A stretch of DNA of 64,000 nucleotides from Octopus vulgaris. Its lineage: Eukaryota. The translations under genes and the position numbers were made by a program. Shown here piece by piece: positions 27,206 to 40,535 of this stretch (its first letter is position 1; each line of letters begins with the position of its first letter). The stretch covers positions 44,578,001 through 44,642,000 of the forward strand of contig OX597814.1 in assembly GCA_951406725.2 (NCBI GenBank), in the 5' to 3' direction. Under the pieces are notes generated by a model that did no database searches, was not told the origin of the DNA, and saw only the letters and a list, made by a program, of their open reading frames with translations.

Positions 27206-27754
27206 CTCTAGATTATTGTCCTTACCATACAAAATAACACATCAGTATATATAGATTCACCTTCAACAATAAACATGAAAATCACCACATTTCCAATTTA
27301 CAGTCAGCTAGAAAACAGAACAAAAGTATATTTTGTTTGAATGTTCAGAATTCAGTGTATTTTCCGAGAACACATGACAGCACGAATTGTTAGATATACC
27401 AACAGAAGTACAAAAACAACTTAAAAGTCTACGTAGAGGTCATGTTATGTGTATCATATATCATCTATAATGTTTTCTTTCTAAATAATATAGCAGCAAT
27501 TAATATCACAACACAAAAATACTAACATTGTCAAAACTTTTGATTATTGCTTTATTTTTATTCTTGCGAAAGTTACGGCGAATTTATATTATTTAATGAA
27601 GAAAAAAGAGCTTACAAGAATATCGTGATCAAGTTTTGTCTGTGTCTGTAAAACAAATTTCTTTTCTGTTTTATATTATATTCAATATTGTATTTGTATA
27701 TAAACGCTCACATTCAGGCTTACACCACACTAAAGTAACCACGCACGTATAAAG

Positions 27755-27934
<180 letters not shown>

Positions 27935-28219
27935 CTTATTAGTATTCAGAAGACCCAAGGTGAGAGGTAAGGCTATGTAAGTGCTATGGAAGGACTGTAG
28001 CTAAATTCTCGGTTCGATAATAATAAGAAAAATTGTCTTAAACCGTACACGCGCACACATACATGCACACACACACACACACACACACACACCTATATAT
28101 ATATGTCACGAGAGAGACACAGAGGGAAGGAAAAACCGAGAGAGTAAGTGTAATATATCTTGACTCTTTAACATCCTACTACTATCACGGCACTCCCGCA
28201 TTCTTCTTCTCCACTTCCC

Positions 28220-28275
28220 TCTTCTTCTTCTTCTTCTTCTTCTTCTTCTTCTTCTTCTTCTTCTTCTTCTTCTTC
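28220..28275. repeat. (CTT)n microsatellite
   Basis: Visible directly. Confidence 0.95.
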
Positions 28276-28521
28276 CCTGCCAAGAATTCATAACGACCTC
28301 GAACGCACAAGAGTAAACAAGATAGACAAAGATAGGCAGATACAAGGAAAATGCCCCTTGCATTTGAATACTATGCAAATATCCTTTTAAAAAGGGTTTC
28401 TTCAATTTTTTCCAAAGTTTAATTGTCTTCCACGCTTACAGTTGAAAAGTTTCAATGACTGAAACCGGTACGGAAATGTATTTCTATAAAATTATTTTAG
28501 CATTTTCTACTTTGACTCTTT

Positions 28522-28525
<4 letters not shown>

Positions 28526-28578
<53 letters not shown>

Positions 28579-28582
28579 CGTG

Positions 28583-28616
<34 letters not shown>

Positions 28617-28766
28617 ATTGGGTGGGTGTGTGTTTGTGTGTGTGTGCGTGCGTGTGCATATGTGTGTGTGCGTGTGTGCATATGTGTGTGTGTGCGTGTG
28701 TATATATATGTGTGTGTGTGTGTATATATATATATGTAAATAAATGTATGTATATATGTATGTGTA
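28526..28766. repeat. Compound (AT)n/(GT)n microsatellite
   Basis: Visible directly. Confidence 0.95.
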
Positions 28767-29852
28767 CGTTCTGGGTTAAAATCCCACCGAGTTTAACTTT
28801 TAAGTCATTTGAGCACTAATGTTTCACTGTCAATTTTATTTCTGAATTGCAATGATCCTGACATAATTATATAGACGAACATAGAAATGAGTCCAAGCAC
28901 TGAAAATTAGAATTTTCTTAAAGTCTGTAGTAATATGTGGAATTTTAAAACATTTATAAGGATTCAGATATTCTTTACTTTACACTCTTTTTCTTACCAT
29001 GTGGGCTGCAATTTGACCACATGATATTTAAGAGTGACATTTGGTATTATCTCCGGAGAGTCGATGACCACAGGTACAAACGCCGCTCTTAGACGCTACA
29101 TAAATAAAACCTCTATTTCAAGGTCCTTGTAGTAGATTAACGTCTCAGACATTTTCCTAGGGGATTTTCAATCACATGGTATTAACATATGTATGAAAAA
29201 ACTTGTTTTTTCACTGTGATTTTTCAACACAATATGTGGTCTCTCAGCCAGAATAGTTCGTTCAGTTTGAATACTAAGTTCTCAAAGAACGATGATGTCC
29301 TTATATTTTATTTCGTTGGCAGGATTATATTTACCTTACCTGTTGCATTACTATTTTGTTATGAGTTGCGTATCTTGGAGGTATCATTGCGATCTATAAG
29401 TAGGTTCGGTAGGAGTTCACAGGACAGAAGAAAACTATAGAGATGATAGATAGTATATGAGAGATTAAAATTATAAACATATCCTTTTTGTTTTTGTTTG
29501 CCAGTTTGATGGAACCAGTATCTGTCAGAAGGTTAGTATAGTCAACATAAGGTCATATGTGTGACAGAAGAAGCAGTAGCTGTTGATGCTTATATGTCCA
29601 ATGTATCGAAGTGGTGGTGGATCTGGTAGAGAAAACTTACTATATAGAAACACCGACTAACTTGTTTTACTAGTTTTTATACGTTTCCACTGACAAAAAA
29701 TAGCACACATTCGTAACCAATACAGTACCTTCATAAGCAGTGCTAATTCAGGTGTTTATCTGTACATTGGAAAAGTGAAAAAAACACCTTAATCGGCTTT
29801 CGAATCTTTTTCTTTGTATTAGTAGTAGTTGGATAATAATAATTATTATTAT

Positions 29853-30403
29853 TGAGTGAGAGAGCAGTGCGTGCCATAAAAGCGACACCGGGATAAAATA
29901 TACGAAGCCCAGTTTACCCATCATGACTACCGTCTAATAATGGTACACCAGGAACATGCAATTGAAGTGAGGTAGTTCATATATGCGCGCGACATGATGA
30001 TCTCATATAATGATAAACAGCACATAACCTCGTAGGTGGGGTCGTAGTTAGACTTAGCTCATCACGCTCAAAAGGTCCCTGAATAAGGGTTGTTCAAGGA
30101 TGTCGAAAGAAATACTCATATTTCGAAAGGTGAATTATCCAAACACCAAACATTCCTCTCAACACATGTCTATGATGCTCCCCCACTATTTCTCCTCATG
30201 ATCAGAGATGCACATATCAACAAACACGAAGAGAAATGTTCAACTGTTTAAGGTCAAACAAATGAAAACTAAACCTGTTATATTGAGCAGAATATTTGCT
30301 GTAGCCCATCGTGTATACCAAGACAAACAATGTACATGATAACACTTCCAGTCAGTTAAGACCAGAAGCTATGGGAGCCACTGACTGGTACTGCATCAGG
30401 GCA
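29853..30403 (-). repeat. Unclassified ~550-bp non-coding interspersed element bounded by (AAT)n and (CAT)n tracts
   Basis: Higher-GC block sharply bounded by trinucleotide repeats, with no ORF. On the minus strand it ends in an (AAT)n tail. It resembles a common octopus repeat (recall, unverified). Confidence 0.45.
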
Positions 30404-30482
30404 TCATCATCATCATCATCATCGTCATCATAATCATCATCATCATCAGCATTATCATCATCATCATCGTCATCACCATCAT
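30403..30482. repeat. (CAT)n microsatellite
   Basis: Visible directly. Confidence 0.9.
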
Positions 30483-32032
30483 AATACTGCGATAAATATT
30501 TTTGAGGATTCGAATTAACAAACTATAATTTGGTGATTAAGTTGTGAATGTATTGTGCTAACACAAAGGCAATTGCAGTAAAATAATAATATAAATTGCT
30601 TATACCCTTGTGCATGCCTACACATATACAAATATAAACAGACAATCTGATTTCATCCCGGGTAACCTTCTTACAATAAAATTCAGTAAACGATTCTATT
30701 GTCACTGACAGGATAATGATCCGCTTATTTCAGAGAGGCAATATAGCTTTTATAGGATTTCTTGATGAGACTAAATGATACATACTTGGTCCACAAGAAA
30801 ATGGGAACACCGACAAGACACATGAGTCTTTTGTGACTGACCTGAAAACATATGGCAAGATTACGAAAAATTGAGGAAAGGCCTTCACCAGGTTACATTC
30901 AGTTATAGGAAAAGTACTCAAAGCTCTCTCCATTCAAGAAACCAGTGAGGCGCAACTCAGTTACCAGTACTCATTCCAATATCTGAATCATTCAACTGGA
31001 CGTTAGGTGTAATACAGTTTATAGATGTTAAATTGAGGAACGTATTAAACACTATGTCGATAGGAATATTGAGTGCCTCTATCTAAAAGAAAAAGAATCA
31101 GGTAGCTGTTTAACAGTAATTTAAACGGCCTTTGAATGTCAGGAAATAGTTCTGTATCAGGACCATCTTCTAACGACAATGTTGAAATGCATGTAATGAT
31201 GAAATCTGCAGACAGGAGAGATAAAAAGAGAACGGAAAATATACTCTTAATGACTCGGAATACATATCTACGTATATTGCACAGCTTTTTTGCAAAAGGA
31301 CACCAGAGAAAAAGGTTTCTTTTCAGGAACCGAATGTAATCAAATATATTAACCCTTCCCTTCACCAGAATGGAAATTCGGTAGAAATAACCCAAGAACT
31401 CACGTACATTATAATGAGAAGTTAAAAAAGTCACTACGATTTTTGTACAAATGAGGCCTGACGTAGTGGCAAGAAACCAAATGAAAAAATCTATATTGCA
31501 ATCTGTAGAAGTAATTGTCCCTAATATCAAAAATACAAGATGTTACAATTACGTTAGTGGAATATTTCTGAATATTTCATAAAATGTAGACATAACAGAC
31601 TAAGCGAAATGACCTGGGTCAGAGAAAAAGAAGCATCAAAGTTGTACAAATCAATTTTCTGCAACCGCACATAACGTGATGATAGCTTGTAACAGACGTT
31701 AACATAATGGTAAATATATAAGAAAGAAAATAGTTATGGCGGAATAATGAGAAATTTGCAGATACTCCTCCCGGGCTATAACTTTCGATTTTTACCTATA
31801 ATTATGGGGACACTAATAATTGGGTTATGTAACTAAGTACTTCACCTCTAGTCTTGAGAAGACTGCTTCACAAAACAAACAAAAAATTCAAAAGGAAACT
31901 GATAAAATATACTTCACTTTAGCTTGCAATAGGTTAAGTTCATATACACACATGCACAAGCATAATTGAACACATAGGGATCCATACATACATGCTCACA
32001 CTCAAAAGTATTTGCGCCTGTGTCTGTATATA

Positions 32033-32106
<74 letters not shown>

Positions 32107-32119
32107 TCTATCTCTCGAT

Positions 32120-32237
32120 ATACATACAGATCTATCTCTCGATACAAATGTATGTATGCATTATGCATGTATCTATTTATCTATCTGTCTCTCTTTTCTC
32201 TCTTTTCTCTCTTTCTCCCTCTCTCCTCCTCTCTCTG

Positions 32238-32282
<45 letters not shown>

Positions 32283-32388
32283 TGAGAGAGACAGAGAGAG
32301 AGAAAGAGAGAAAAGAGAGACAGATAGATAAATAGATACATGCATAATGCATACATACATTTATATCGAGAGATAGATCTGTATGTAT
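32120..32388. repeat. Long inverted repeat centred on a (CT)n(AT)n(AG)n microsatellite
   Basis: 32120-32200 is the near-perfect reverse complement of ~32306-32388. Confidence 0.85.
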
Positions 32389-32849
32389 CTGTGTATATAT
32401 ACACACATAAACACACGCACATATGCATATGTACACATATGCATATTTATATACATACATCAATATATACCCATGATACTCACAAAGTTTCTACGAAGTT
32501 GTATTGTTCTTTGGTGGCGAACAGGAAAAGAATGTCCCTAGTAGCACTCAGTTATTTCAATATTCCACAAAATTAGAGTCTTCTAACGCATTGCATTTCC
32601 TTTTATCTTCGCTTCGTTTTGTATTTCAGTCAGTTATCGTTTCATTTTTGCTACGAATTGTGATATTTTGTTCAATGTGTAGTAAAATAGCACCCTGTTC
32701 ACAGTTTAAATGCATTTTTCTGTCTTTATGCTGCTATTTATTTTTACAGTTTGGACAATTATGCTCGTTAGCCTTTTGATAGTTGAATTGAAGTGCGGTA
32801 GTTCATGGTCTTCATGCAGGGCACTTTCAGGATAACATAATTATCCACT

Positions 32850-33300
32850 ACGATCTCTAACAATAACTATTTTTTTTATGAATGTTTCATGAATTACTAT
32901 AGTTGTATATTTGTGACTCTCTGATATGCAACTCATCCTCACAGATTTGCTTGCGGTCGTCTGTCACTACCATGGAGAAGGCTTTGAGCAATGCGCAATT
33001 GAGAAAAAGGTATCTTCAACAAACAGCCTAGGTTTTCACAGCTGTCAAACACTAACAGATAATGGGCTTTGTCCAATGGTAACTAAACGTTTCCACACAT
33101 CAGCTAGGACCTCCCGTTCCTCGTACAATGAGGGCATATTTAAAATGCCTCCACATTTAGCAATACAAAGCTATGTTACCCGCATCCTTGCTCTTTCCTG
33201 TATCTATTGCCAAAGCAAATCATGCATGAACAAGCAAATTTGTTCCTCGTACCACGCTTCTTTAAATGTTTTTCTTCTTTGAGCAGACCTATATTCAAGC
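32850..33300 (-). mobile_element. Possible pogo/Tigger DDE transposase relic
   Basis: Frameshifted minus-strand 'KSK..RVT*LCIAKCGG..NMP' resembles the pogo KxRVTxLLCxNxxG motif. Confidence 0.25.
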
Positions 33301-33903
33301 GTTCTTCGTAATTTCCTACACTACAAAAACATTACATTATTGTTTTTGAGGAGCTTATATTTGCCTTATCTGTTTGTTTGGTGCTGTTTTCTGCTTTTTC
33401 GCATTCGACATTTTAAATCTGTCAATTCCTTTTTACAATCTTAAGTGTATTAATTAACATAAGTACCACCAAAGTCTGATGATTACCACTTCTTACCACC
33501 TCAATGCAACAATCTTTCCGAAGACGCATATATAATCCGCTACAAACTAGGTGGATACTAAAATTGTTCCAAAATCTTCTAGCTGTACTGTTTTCTAAAG
33601 AAATTTTCTCGCTTCATATACAACAGTGCTAGATTTAGTTCATCTACGGAGAAACTTTGAACACATTTTGTTTCAAATCAAAACAATAATAAAACGAAAT
33701 GCAAAGCGTTTCATATTATTGACTCTATAAAAGAAATGCAGCACAAGATAAACAGCCACACTTATTATACCGAAAAATTATGTAAGGAAAAATAAAGCAC
33801 TGCAGCAAAGTATAAAATACATAGATAAAATGTTTCCAAAGAAGAAGCCATGGATGTTGTAGCATGGAAATCTAAATTTTGCTTACGGAAACAGCAACTG
33901 AGT

Positions 33904-34020
33904 ATCGCCTGAGGAGACACATATAGATCTTCTTATACAGGTAAATCGTTAAATAATTTAATTTAAACTTTAAATCCTGTATATACGAGGATCTGTATGT
34001 ATCGAAACATCTGTAGCGAT
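33904..34020 (+). ncRNA. Type I hammerhead ribozyme motif with long stem II
   Basis: Stem I ATCGC/GCGAT, core CTGAGGA (33909-15), stem II 33916-34003, GAAA (34004-07), short stem III CA-TC-TG, and GUA cleavage triplet (34013-15). Confidence 0.75.
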
Positions 34021-34797
34021 TAAAAAGCCAACTAACCGTACTTACACTTCCTTTTGACTCTTTTACATTTTTTTATTATTTACTTTTTATTTTCACACAC
34101 GAAGGATACCTAAGACTAGAATTAGTAGCACACCATAAGAATAATACCGGCTATTTGGCAATTCTAAGGGTGAACGAGCTCTATTTTTTCCTTTTTGTCT
34201 TCAAGAAACTTTGCTCTTTTCTATCTCTTATGTAATCTATGGATCCATGCACGGAAAAATGATAAAACACAGATTTGTTACAACGTAAAAACGGAGACAA
34301 GATAAACGCTATGGCTAGAATAAAAACTTCCGAAACACGTTGACTTTAATTCATTTCCCTAGTACTAGCTCCATTAAAAAATTTGTGGAATGAATGCCTT
34401 ATATGTTATTGATGTAAGAGTAGTTCACTTAATGGAAATAGAGCCTTCTCAGTCCTGAACTGTTGCCTACATATCAGAAAGGAGCAGATCTTCTAGCTGG
34501 GTTCCCTTAGAGATTCAAATAGGAGTCAATCTTGAAATGCTTCAATTACACCTAATTGTATGTTTGAAAGACTGTCGAAATAGTTTCTAGAAGCAGATGC
34601 AGCAAGAGGGTTGTGGTAGAAGAAATAGATGTGTGCAAGGGTAAGAACGGAGTAAAAAAGCATTTACAGTAAAATGAATTTAAAATAAAAAGTACTGAAT
34701 TAATGCTGTAATACAACGCAGCAAGAAAGTTAAATGAATGCAATTGAAAAGAATAAAAATTTACTGTATAAGTAAATGGGAAGTGGAATCTTGTATA

Positions 34798-35482
34798 CGA
34801 GATCTGATCAATAAGTATCCGGACTATTGCAATAGTAACGACGCTAAAGCACGCAGAGTAAAACCGCTTGACAAACATTGACCTTGAGCTCTGTTATGCA
34901 TGCGCACTACGTTTTAACGTTCTAGCTCACTTCCGCTGTTTACAGCAATGCTTCAAATTAACGTGTGTAACATGTGATCGTTGCATTGACCATGACAGAG
35001 AAAGTTGTTATGACGATACCTGCTGAGACGCCTAAAGCAAGTTGCAGAAAGTGTATGGAGAGGAGTGTATGAGCCGCACACAAGTGTACGAGTGGTCCAG
35101 CTATTTCCAAGATGGTCGAATCACCATCCGTGGGTTTTCCGAATATGTGCAGATTAGTTACGGTATGAGACGGGTGTCTGCCAAGTTTGTGCCAAAAGTG
35201 CTTTCAGCTGACCCAAAATGATACTCAGGTCTCAGTTACACAAAACCTACTTAATTATTTCGAGAACGATGGAAGCTCTTTGAAAACTTTACATATCTCC
35301 AATCTTTTGGTAAAAATTGATGCAGATTCTCAGCTCAACTTTTTACAGGATGGTCATTGCGACGAACACACACTATACGTGTTACTTCCAAGCAATGCGG
35401 TAGACAGCGGAAGTATGCTAGAACGCTAAATTATAGCCTCATTACTATGGCGACAGCCCGGATACTTATTGACCAGACCACG
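34798..35482 (+). mobile_element. mariner-family internally deleted element
   Basis: TIRs CGAGATCTGATCAATAAGTATCCGGACT.TTGC.ATAGTAA and TTACTATGGCGACAGCCCGGATACTTATTGACCAGACCACG. HTH relic 'KVYGEECMSRTQVYEW..YFQDGR' and 'GMRRVSAKFVPKVL'. Confidence 0.85.
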
Positions 35483-35844
35483 GAGGTCGCGACGAGTGCT
35501 GAATTTTATCAGAAACATAAGTGATTTATTGTTAAAGTGTAATAATATTTGTTCCGAGTAATATCTGAGTTCGAATAAAATAAATGTTAGAGATGATTGC
35601 CAAGAAACTTAACGAGTTTATTAACTGAAAAATGATTGGCCTATATATAACTTTTCAACTGTGAGAAGGAATCTAGCCGAATCAGAGTCAATTGGAAATC
35701 TGCGGCTGTGCGATTGTAATAACTTAGTTTATAGGGAAATGTGTTGAAGGCAAATAGATGAAGGAGGTATAAAGTTATGCATAGTGAAGCCGGAATCGAA
35801 ATTAGGTAGAGAAGCAAACGTGTCATAAACCGAGATAACAATAT

Positions 35845-35973
35845 CGGTTTAAAATTTTGGCACAAGGCCAGCGATTTAGGATGAAAATGTAAGTCGAAGC
35901 CCAGTGCTCAACCGGTACATATTTTATCGACTCCAAAAGAATGAAAGGCAAAGTCGAACCAAGTTTGAACTCA
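35845..35973 (-). mobile_element. SINE family A, partial
   Basis: TTTTGGCACAAGGCCAGC..TTTTATCGACTCCAAAAGAATGAAAGGCAAAGTCGA..TTTGAACTCAGAA. Confidence 0.7.
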
Positions 35974-37351
35974 GAAAAAATATTATCCTAACTAATATAT
36001 AAATAAAAAAATAAGCTATTTCTTTTCCAAGAAAAATGAAAATGTTCATGAAAACTCTATACCAACAACTATTTTGTCTGACTCAGACCCCAAGAACAAA
36101 TTTCTTAACTTCAACCACATTGGATACAAATCGCACAGATAAATAAAAATAACCTCCCGTATATACTTTAATTAAAACTATCTGGGAAAAGCTAACTTCC
36201 AATTAGAGAAAATGTACATAGATCTTATCTTAGATGAAAGCGGCTTTAGCGGAACACAAAGTAGGTAAATAAAAATAATTTTAAAATAATGTGTTAGATT
36301 TAGACAAAGAAAGCAAAATTTGAACAGGACATTCAGACATATGCGGAGGAATAAATGGATCCGATAAGATAACAAAGTATTGAAATGAAAGTGAAATAAC
36401 GAAAGTCCTTCAAGCCAATTCAAGAAATAACATTAAAAGATACTATGCTATTAGCCAGAGCTTTGCTATAAATGAAAAGGCAAAATTAAACACTGAGGAA
36501 ATGTAATTTACTTGCTAAATTGTGAGTATATAACTTTAAGCCGATATAGATGTTATGTACTTAGTACCAACACAGTCAGGAAGAGCTTCATTGAAAACAG
36601 ACCTGCTATAAAATAAACTTCAAATAAGCTATCGTAAAGATGGATCCGGCTGTCATTTAACAAGGAACTGACATTTGTTCTCTTGTCTTAACATACGTGG
36701 AAGGACATAGACACCTTTCTTGTATCTTTCCTATGTTATTTACGAATGGCTGTTTGACCCAGTTGATTTCAAGTAGAGGTAAACGAGTGACCTAATATTC
36801 AGGATATTCAGTGATATTAAGGAAAAACAGTAAATATAATGAGCTGTCTTTAGCATGTAATTAAGTTCCATCACATCTGCTTACTTCCCAATCTACATCA
36901 TCCAATGCACATTATAAAATATTATTCATTACCCCACACGTTCTCAAAATGCAGCGCTTGAGCTCAAATTTCAAAGAAATTGCAATATAAAGATGCACTA
37001 CATAGAAATGAGGCATAACATTTTATTTGAAAACTCTTTAAAGCATATTCAGGTTAAAACGTACGCATTCTGAAACAGGGGCCACAGCCATGGCTAATTA
37101 TAAACGTTCACCAAGTCAAAAATATTAACAATAGAAGAAATGAGTCGAACAGAGATATTCAAAATTATATTAGACATAGGATGATGTGTATCAAGTATAA
37201 CATTACTTCTATGATTAAACACAGACTTCAAACATTACGTATGATGTGATGCAAGAGAAATGCTGTTAGAGTATACTTTGAAGTTAATGAAGCCACAGAT
37301 CATCTGGCCAAATAATCAGGTTTTACATCATTGGCAACGTTACGCGCAGCA

Positions 37352-37357
37352 TATATA

Positions 37358-37388
<31 letters not shown>

Positions 37389-37474
37389 ATGTGTGCGTGT
37401 GTGTGTTTGTGTCTGTGTGTGATGGTATGTGTACCTATGTATGTACGTGTGCATGCATGTACGTATGTGTATAG

Positions 37475-37572
<98 letters not shown>
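37352..37572. repeat. Compound (GT)n/(TAGA)n microsatellite
   Basis: Visible directly. Confidence 0.95.
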
Positions 37573-37573
<1 letters not shown>

Positions 37574-37668
37574 TGCATGTTCGTATATACGTAGCTCATT
37601 CACTCGATTTTTTCGAAAATAGAATGATACACCCAACAGCGAATTTCAGAAGCGTGTGCATGTGTGTG

Positions 37669-37699
<31 letters not shown>

Positions 37700-38151
37700 A
37701 TGTGTGTATATACGTATGTATGTATGTGTGTGTGTTTATGTGTGTATGCATGTATGCATATATAGTCGTGGATGTGTGTAGCTGTGTATGAATATATATC
37801 AAATTTTACATACCATGCATGCCTTTAACTCCTTAATGTCTTGGGCTATAGAGATTTACGGCAACTCATCTCGCTCAAGATCTGACTAATACTGGTACTA
37901 TATACATTGGTCTATAAATAATGTAAGGTAAAATCAAGTAGGAGGACGCAGAAAGGGAAATATAAGCGGAAGGTGATCTATCTGACGTTCTGGCAAAATC
38001 TTGATAATTGATAGTCATGCACAAATGAACAGACACGCACAAACACACTCACAACCATATCTATCTATCTATCTTTCTCTCTCCCTCCTTCTCTCTCTCT
38101 CCCCCTATTTATATATATATAAATTCAAATAAGTTATCATTAATTACTTGG

Positions 38152-38235
38152 ACTAGGTGCCACGCCCAAGATGGAACTGAAGCCGGAACTATGTGGTTGG
38201 GAAGCAAGCTTCTTACCACGCATCCACGTCTGCAC
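38152..38235 (-). mobile_element. SINE family B, 5' head fragment
   Basis: TGGTTGGGAAGCAAGCTTCTTACCAC shared with 17.8 kb. Confidence 0.7.
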
Positions 38236-38292
38236 ATATATATATATATATATATACGTACATACATACATACATACGTACATACATACATT

Positions 38293-39628
38293 TATGGCTG
38301 CCCCCTCGTTATCGAGTATGGTCATTGCACGAAGCTTAACTGTTACTGGTGCTGTGATCGAATGTGACTTTTTAACCCAGCTAAAGAACTACAATGTCTT
38401 GTACAAAATTGGCAACTAAAACCTTTACTGGTAATAGCCGGATGTAGTTGTAACTGGGCTTCATGTACCTTTGCATGTCGTTTAAGTCCTCCTGCCGAAT
38501 TACACTCTCGTCCACATGCCCGACAGATATGATTAGTATGGTGTGTTACACCACCACCAGTGCCCAGGTTGTCACTCATCTGTCTCGTTTTATGACTACG
38601 AAGATGACTCATGAGTCCAGCTTTACTGAGGCAGGGTCTTGCACAGACATTTCAAGTCAGAATCAAATGAAGACCCTTTCCTTCTGGAAGTGTAACAGCG
38701 ATGCCCTTCCTGACATCCCTCCTTACTTTCTCATGTGCAACTCGAGATTTCTCAAACGTGGCTGTTCCCTCATGCACAATACCTCTCCACCTGCTTCGAT
38801 CGATAGCTATGCCTTCCCATGTGTCAGGAGAGATGCAAGCATCTCTTAAGGAAGCCTTCAGCAAGTCCTTATACCTCTTTTTTGGTTTATGTAGAGGCCG
38901 TTCTTCTTTAGCTAACTCTCCATAAAAGAGTTGTTTTGACATCCTTGAATCCTTCATTCTGACCAGATGACCACTCAATCTGAGCCTTTGCTTTAACACA
39001 AGAGCTTCTATACTTTCACACCGAGAGCCTTTGTGTATTTCAAGATCACTGATGCGGTCCTTCCACTTAATGCCATATATCCGTCTGAGGCACATCTGAT
39101 GGAAACGTTCCAGTTGTTTAAGGTGGTATCGATATCTGACCCACGTCTCGCAGGCATAGAGAAGAGAAGGGAGCACACATGCCTTGTATACCTTTATCTT
39201 TGTCTTTCTGCATATGTCTCGTCGACTCCAGAGGCGCTTTTCTAGCCTTCCGAAAGCAACACTTGCTTTCCTAATTCTATATGGAAATTCATCATCCACA
39301 TTGCCTTATCTATTAATAGTGCTTCCCAGGTAGACAAACTGATCAACTACATCAAGTCGTTTACCATTCACATGGTTATTTGGTACGCTATACTGCTTAC
39401 CAGGAGCAGGTTGGTGCATGAAAACAGTTTTCTTGAGATTGACTGTCAATCCTAAGGCAGTGCAAGCATCAGTGAATGCATTCAAAATGTGTTGCATATC
39501 AATCTCTGTGTGGGCTACTAGCTCACAACCATCAGCATACAAAAGGTCTCTTATGATAGAGGTAAATATCTTTGTTTTTGCAGCAAGGCGCCTGATATTA
39601 AATATGCTGCCAGAGGTTCGATAATGGA
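38293..39628 (-). mobile_element. RTE-clade LINE, 5'-truncated (RT C-terminal half plus C2H2 fingers and 3' UTR)
   Basis: ORF pieces: YRTSGSIFNIRRL..RDLLYADGC, FVYLGS, KASVAFGRL..TKIKVYKACVLPSLLYACETW, QLERFHQMCLRRI, KQLFYGEL..PKKRYKD, then C..C..H fingers. The 3' end abuts (ATGT)n. Confidence 0.9.
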
Positions 39629-39632
39629 CACA

Positions 39633-40340
39633 CAGAGACATGACAGAAGTACATAGATACCACATAAAACATCCTTTTATGCTTATACTAACTTTTGAAG
39701 GTTTATATTTTTTATTATTTGACCACATGTTCCTGTTTCCGATTTTATATGTGACTGTTTAATCGTTTCATGTACAAAAGAAGATTTAGAACTGTCTGAA
39801 TTTCAAAGAGGCTGTATTGTGGATTGTTCTGAAGATGGTTATAATCAGCGTAAAATCACAGAAAATCTTGGGATCCCGCTTTCTGCAGTAAACAGAGTGA
39901 TTGTGCAATCCACGAGAGAGGGGAAAGAATCCACGTCACCTCGCCCAGATCAACCAGAGCCCTCTCACAGGACCTTTCTGTTTGCTAAGAGAAGTGTGGA
40001 GAATAATCCTCGTTGCAAGGCCTCCAGCATAGCAAAACAAGTTGACTTCAGTCTCAGAACAGCTGTGAGGTATCTCAACAAACTTGGTTACTATGGCAGA
40101 ACAGCAAGAAAGAAGACATTTCGACTTGCCAACATCAAGCGGAGAAAAGACTTGGCCAGTGAGATGGTAAAGATGCCACTAGCTTTTTGGGACACTGTCA
40201 TATTCTCTGGTTGAGTGTACTCGAGACAGTGTTTGAGTGTGTGTCTGGAGACTTTGTGATCATGAAACACAGTGTCTATTTTGTGATGGTCTGGGGAGCA
40301 ATTTGGTGGATCAGAGGTGGTGGGGTGTGAGGGAAACAGT
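39633..40340 (+). mobile_element. Tc1-like transposon relic
   Basis: ORF 39819-40214 is a Tc1 N-terminal HTH region ending in LAFWDTVIFS(G). Paralogous to 20.6-21.3 kb. Confidence 0.8.
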
Positions 40341-40383
40341 TTTAATGATTATGAGGGTGTCTATTTACTTCTGTCATGTCTAT

Positions 40384-40385
40384 GT

Positions 40386-40484
<99 letters not shown>

Positions 40485-40532
40485 TGTATGTATGTATGTA
40501 TGTATGTATGCATGTATGTATATGTGTATATA
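40384..40532. repeat. (AT)n(ATGT)n microsatellite
   Basis: Visible directly. Confidence 0.95.
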
Positions 40533-40535
40533 TGA

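Noticed and set aside
29673-29740. Minus-strand CTTATGA..ACTG/CAGT..GAAACGTA
   Set aside because: G5 is mutated and there is no stem I. It could be a dead relic but is not supportable.
31045-31530. 161-aa minus-strand ORF
   Set aside because: Hydrophobic antisense-type composition with no domain. More likely the reverse strand of a decayed LINE.
36488-36560. CTGAGGA..hairpin..CCGATATAGATGTT after an A-rich PLE-like stretch
   Set aside because: GAAA and stem II base pairs are lost. Too degenerate to call.
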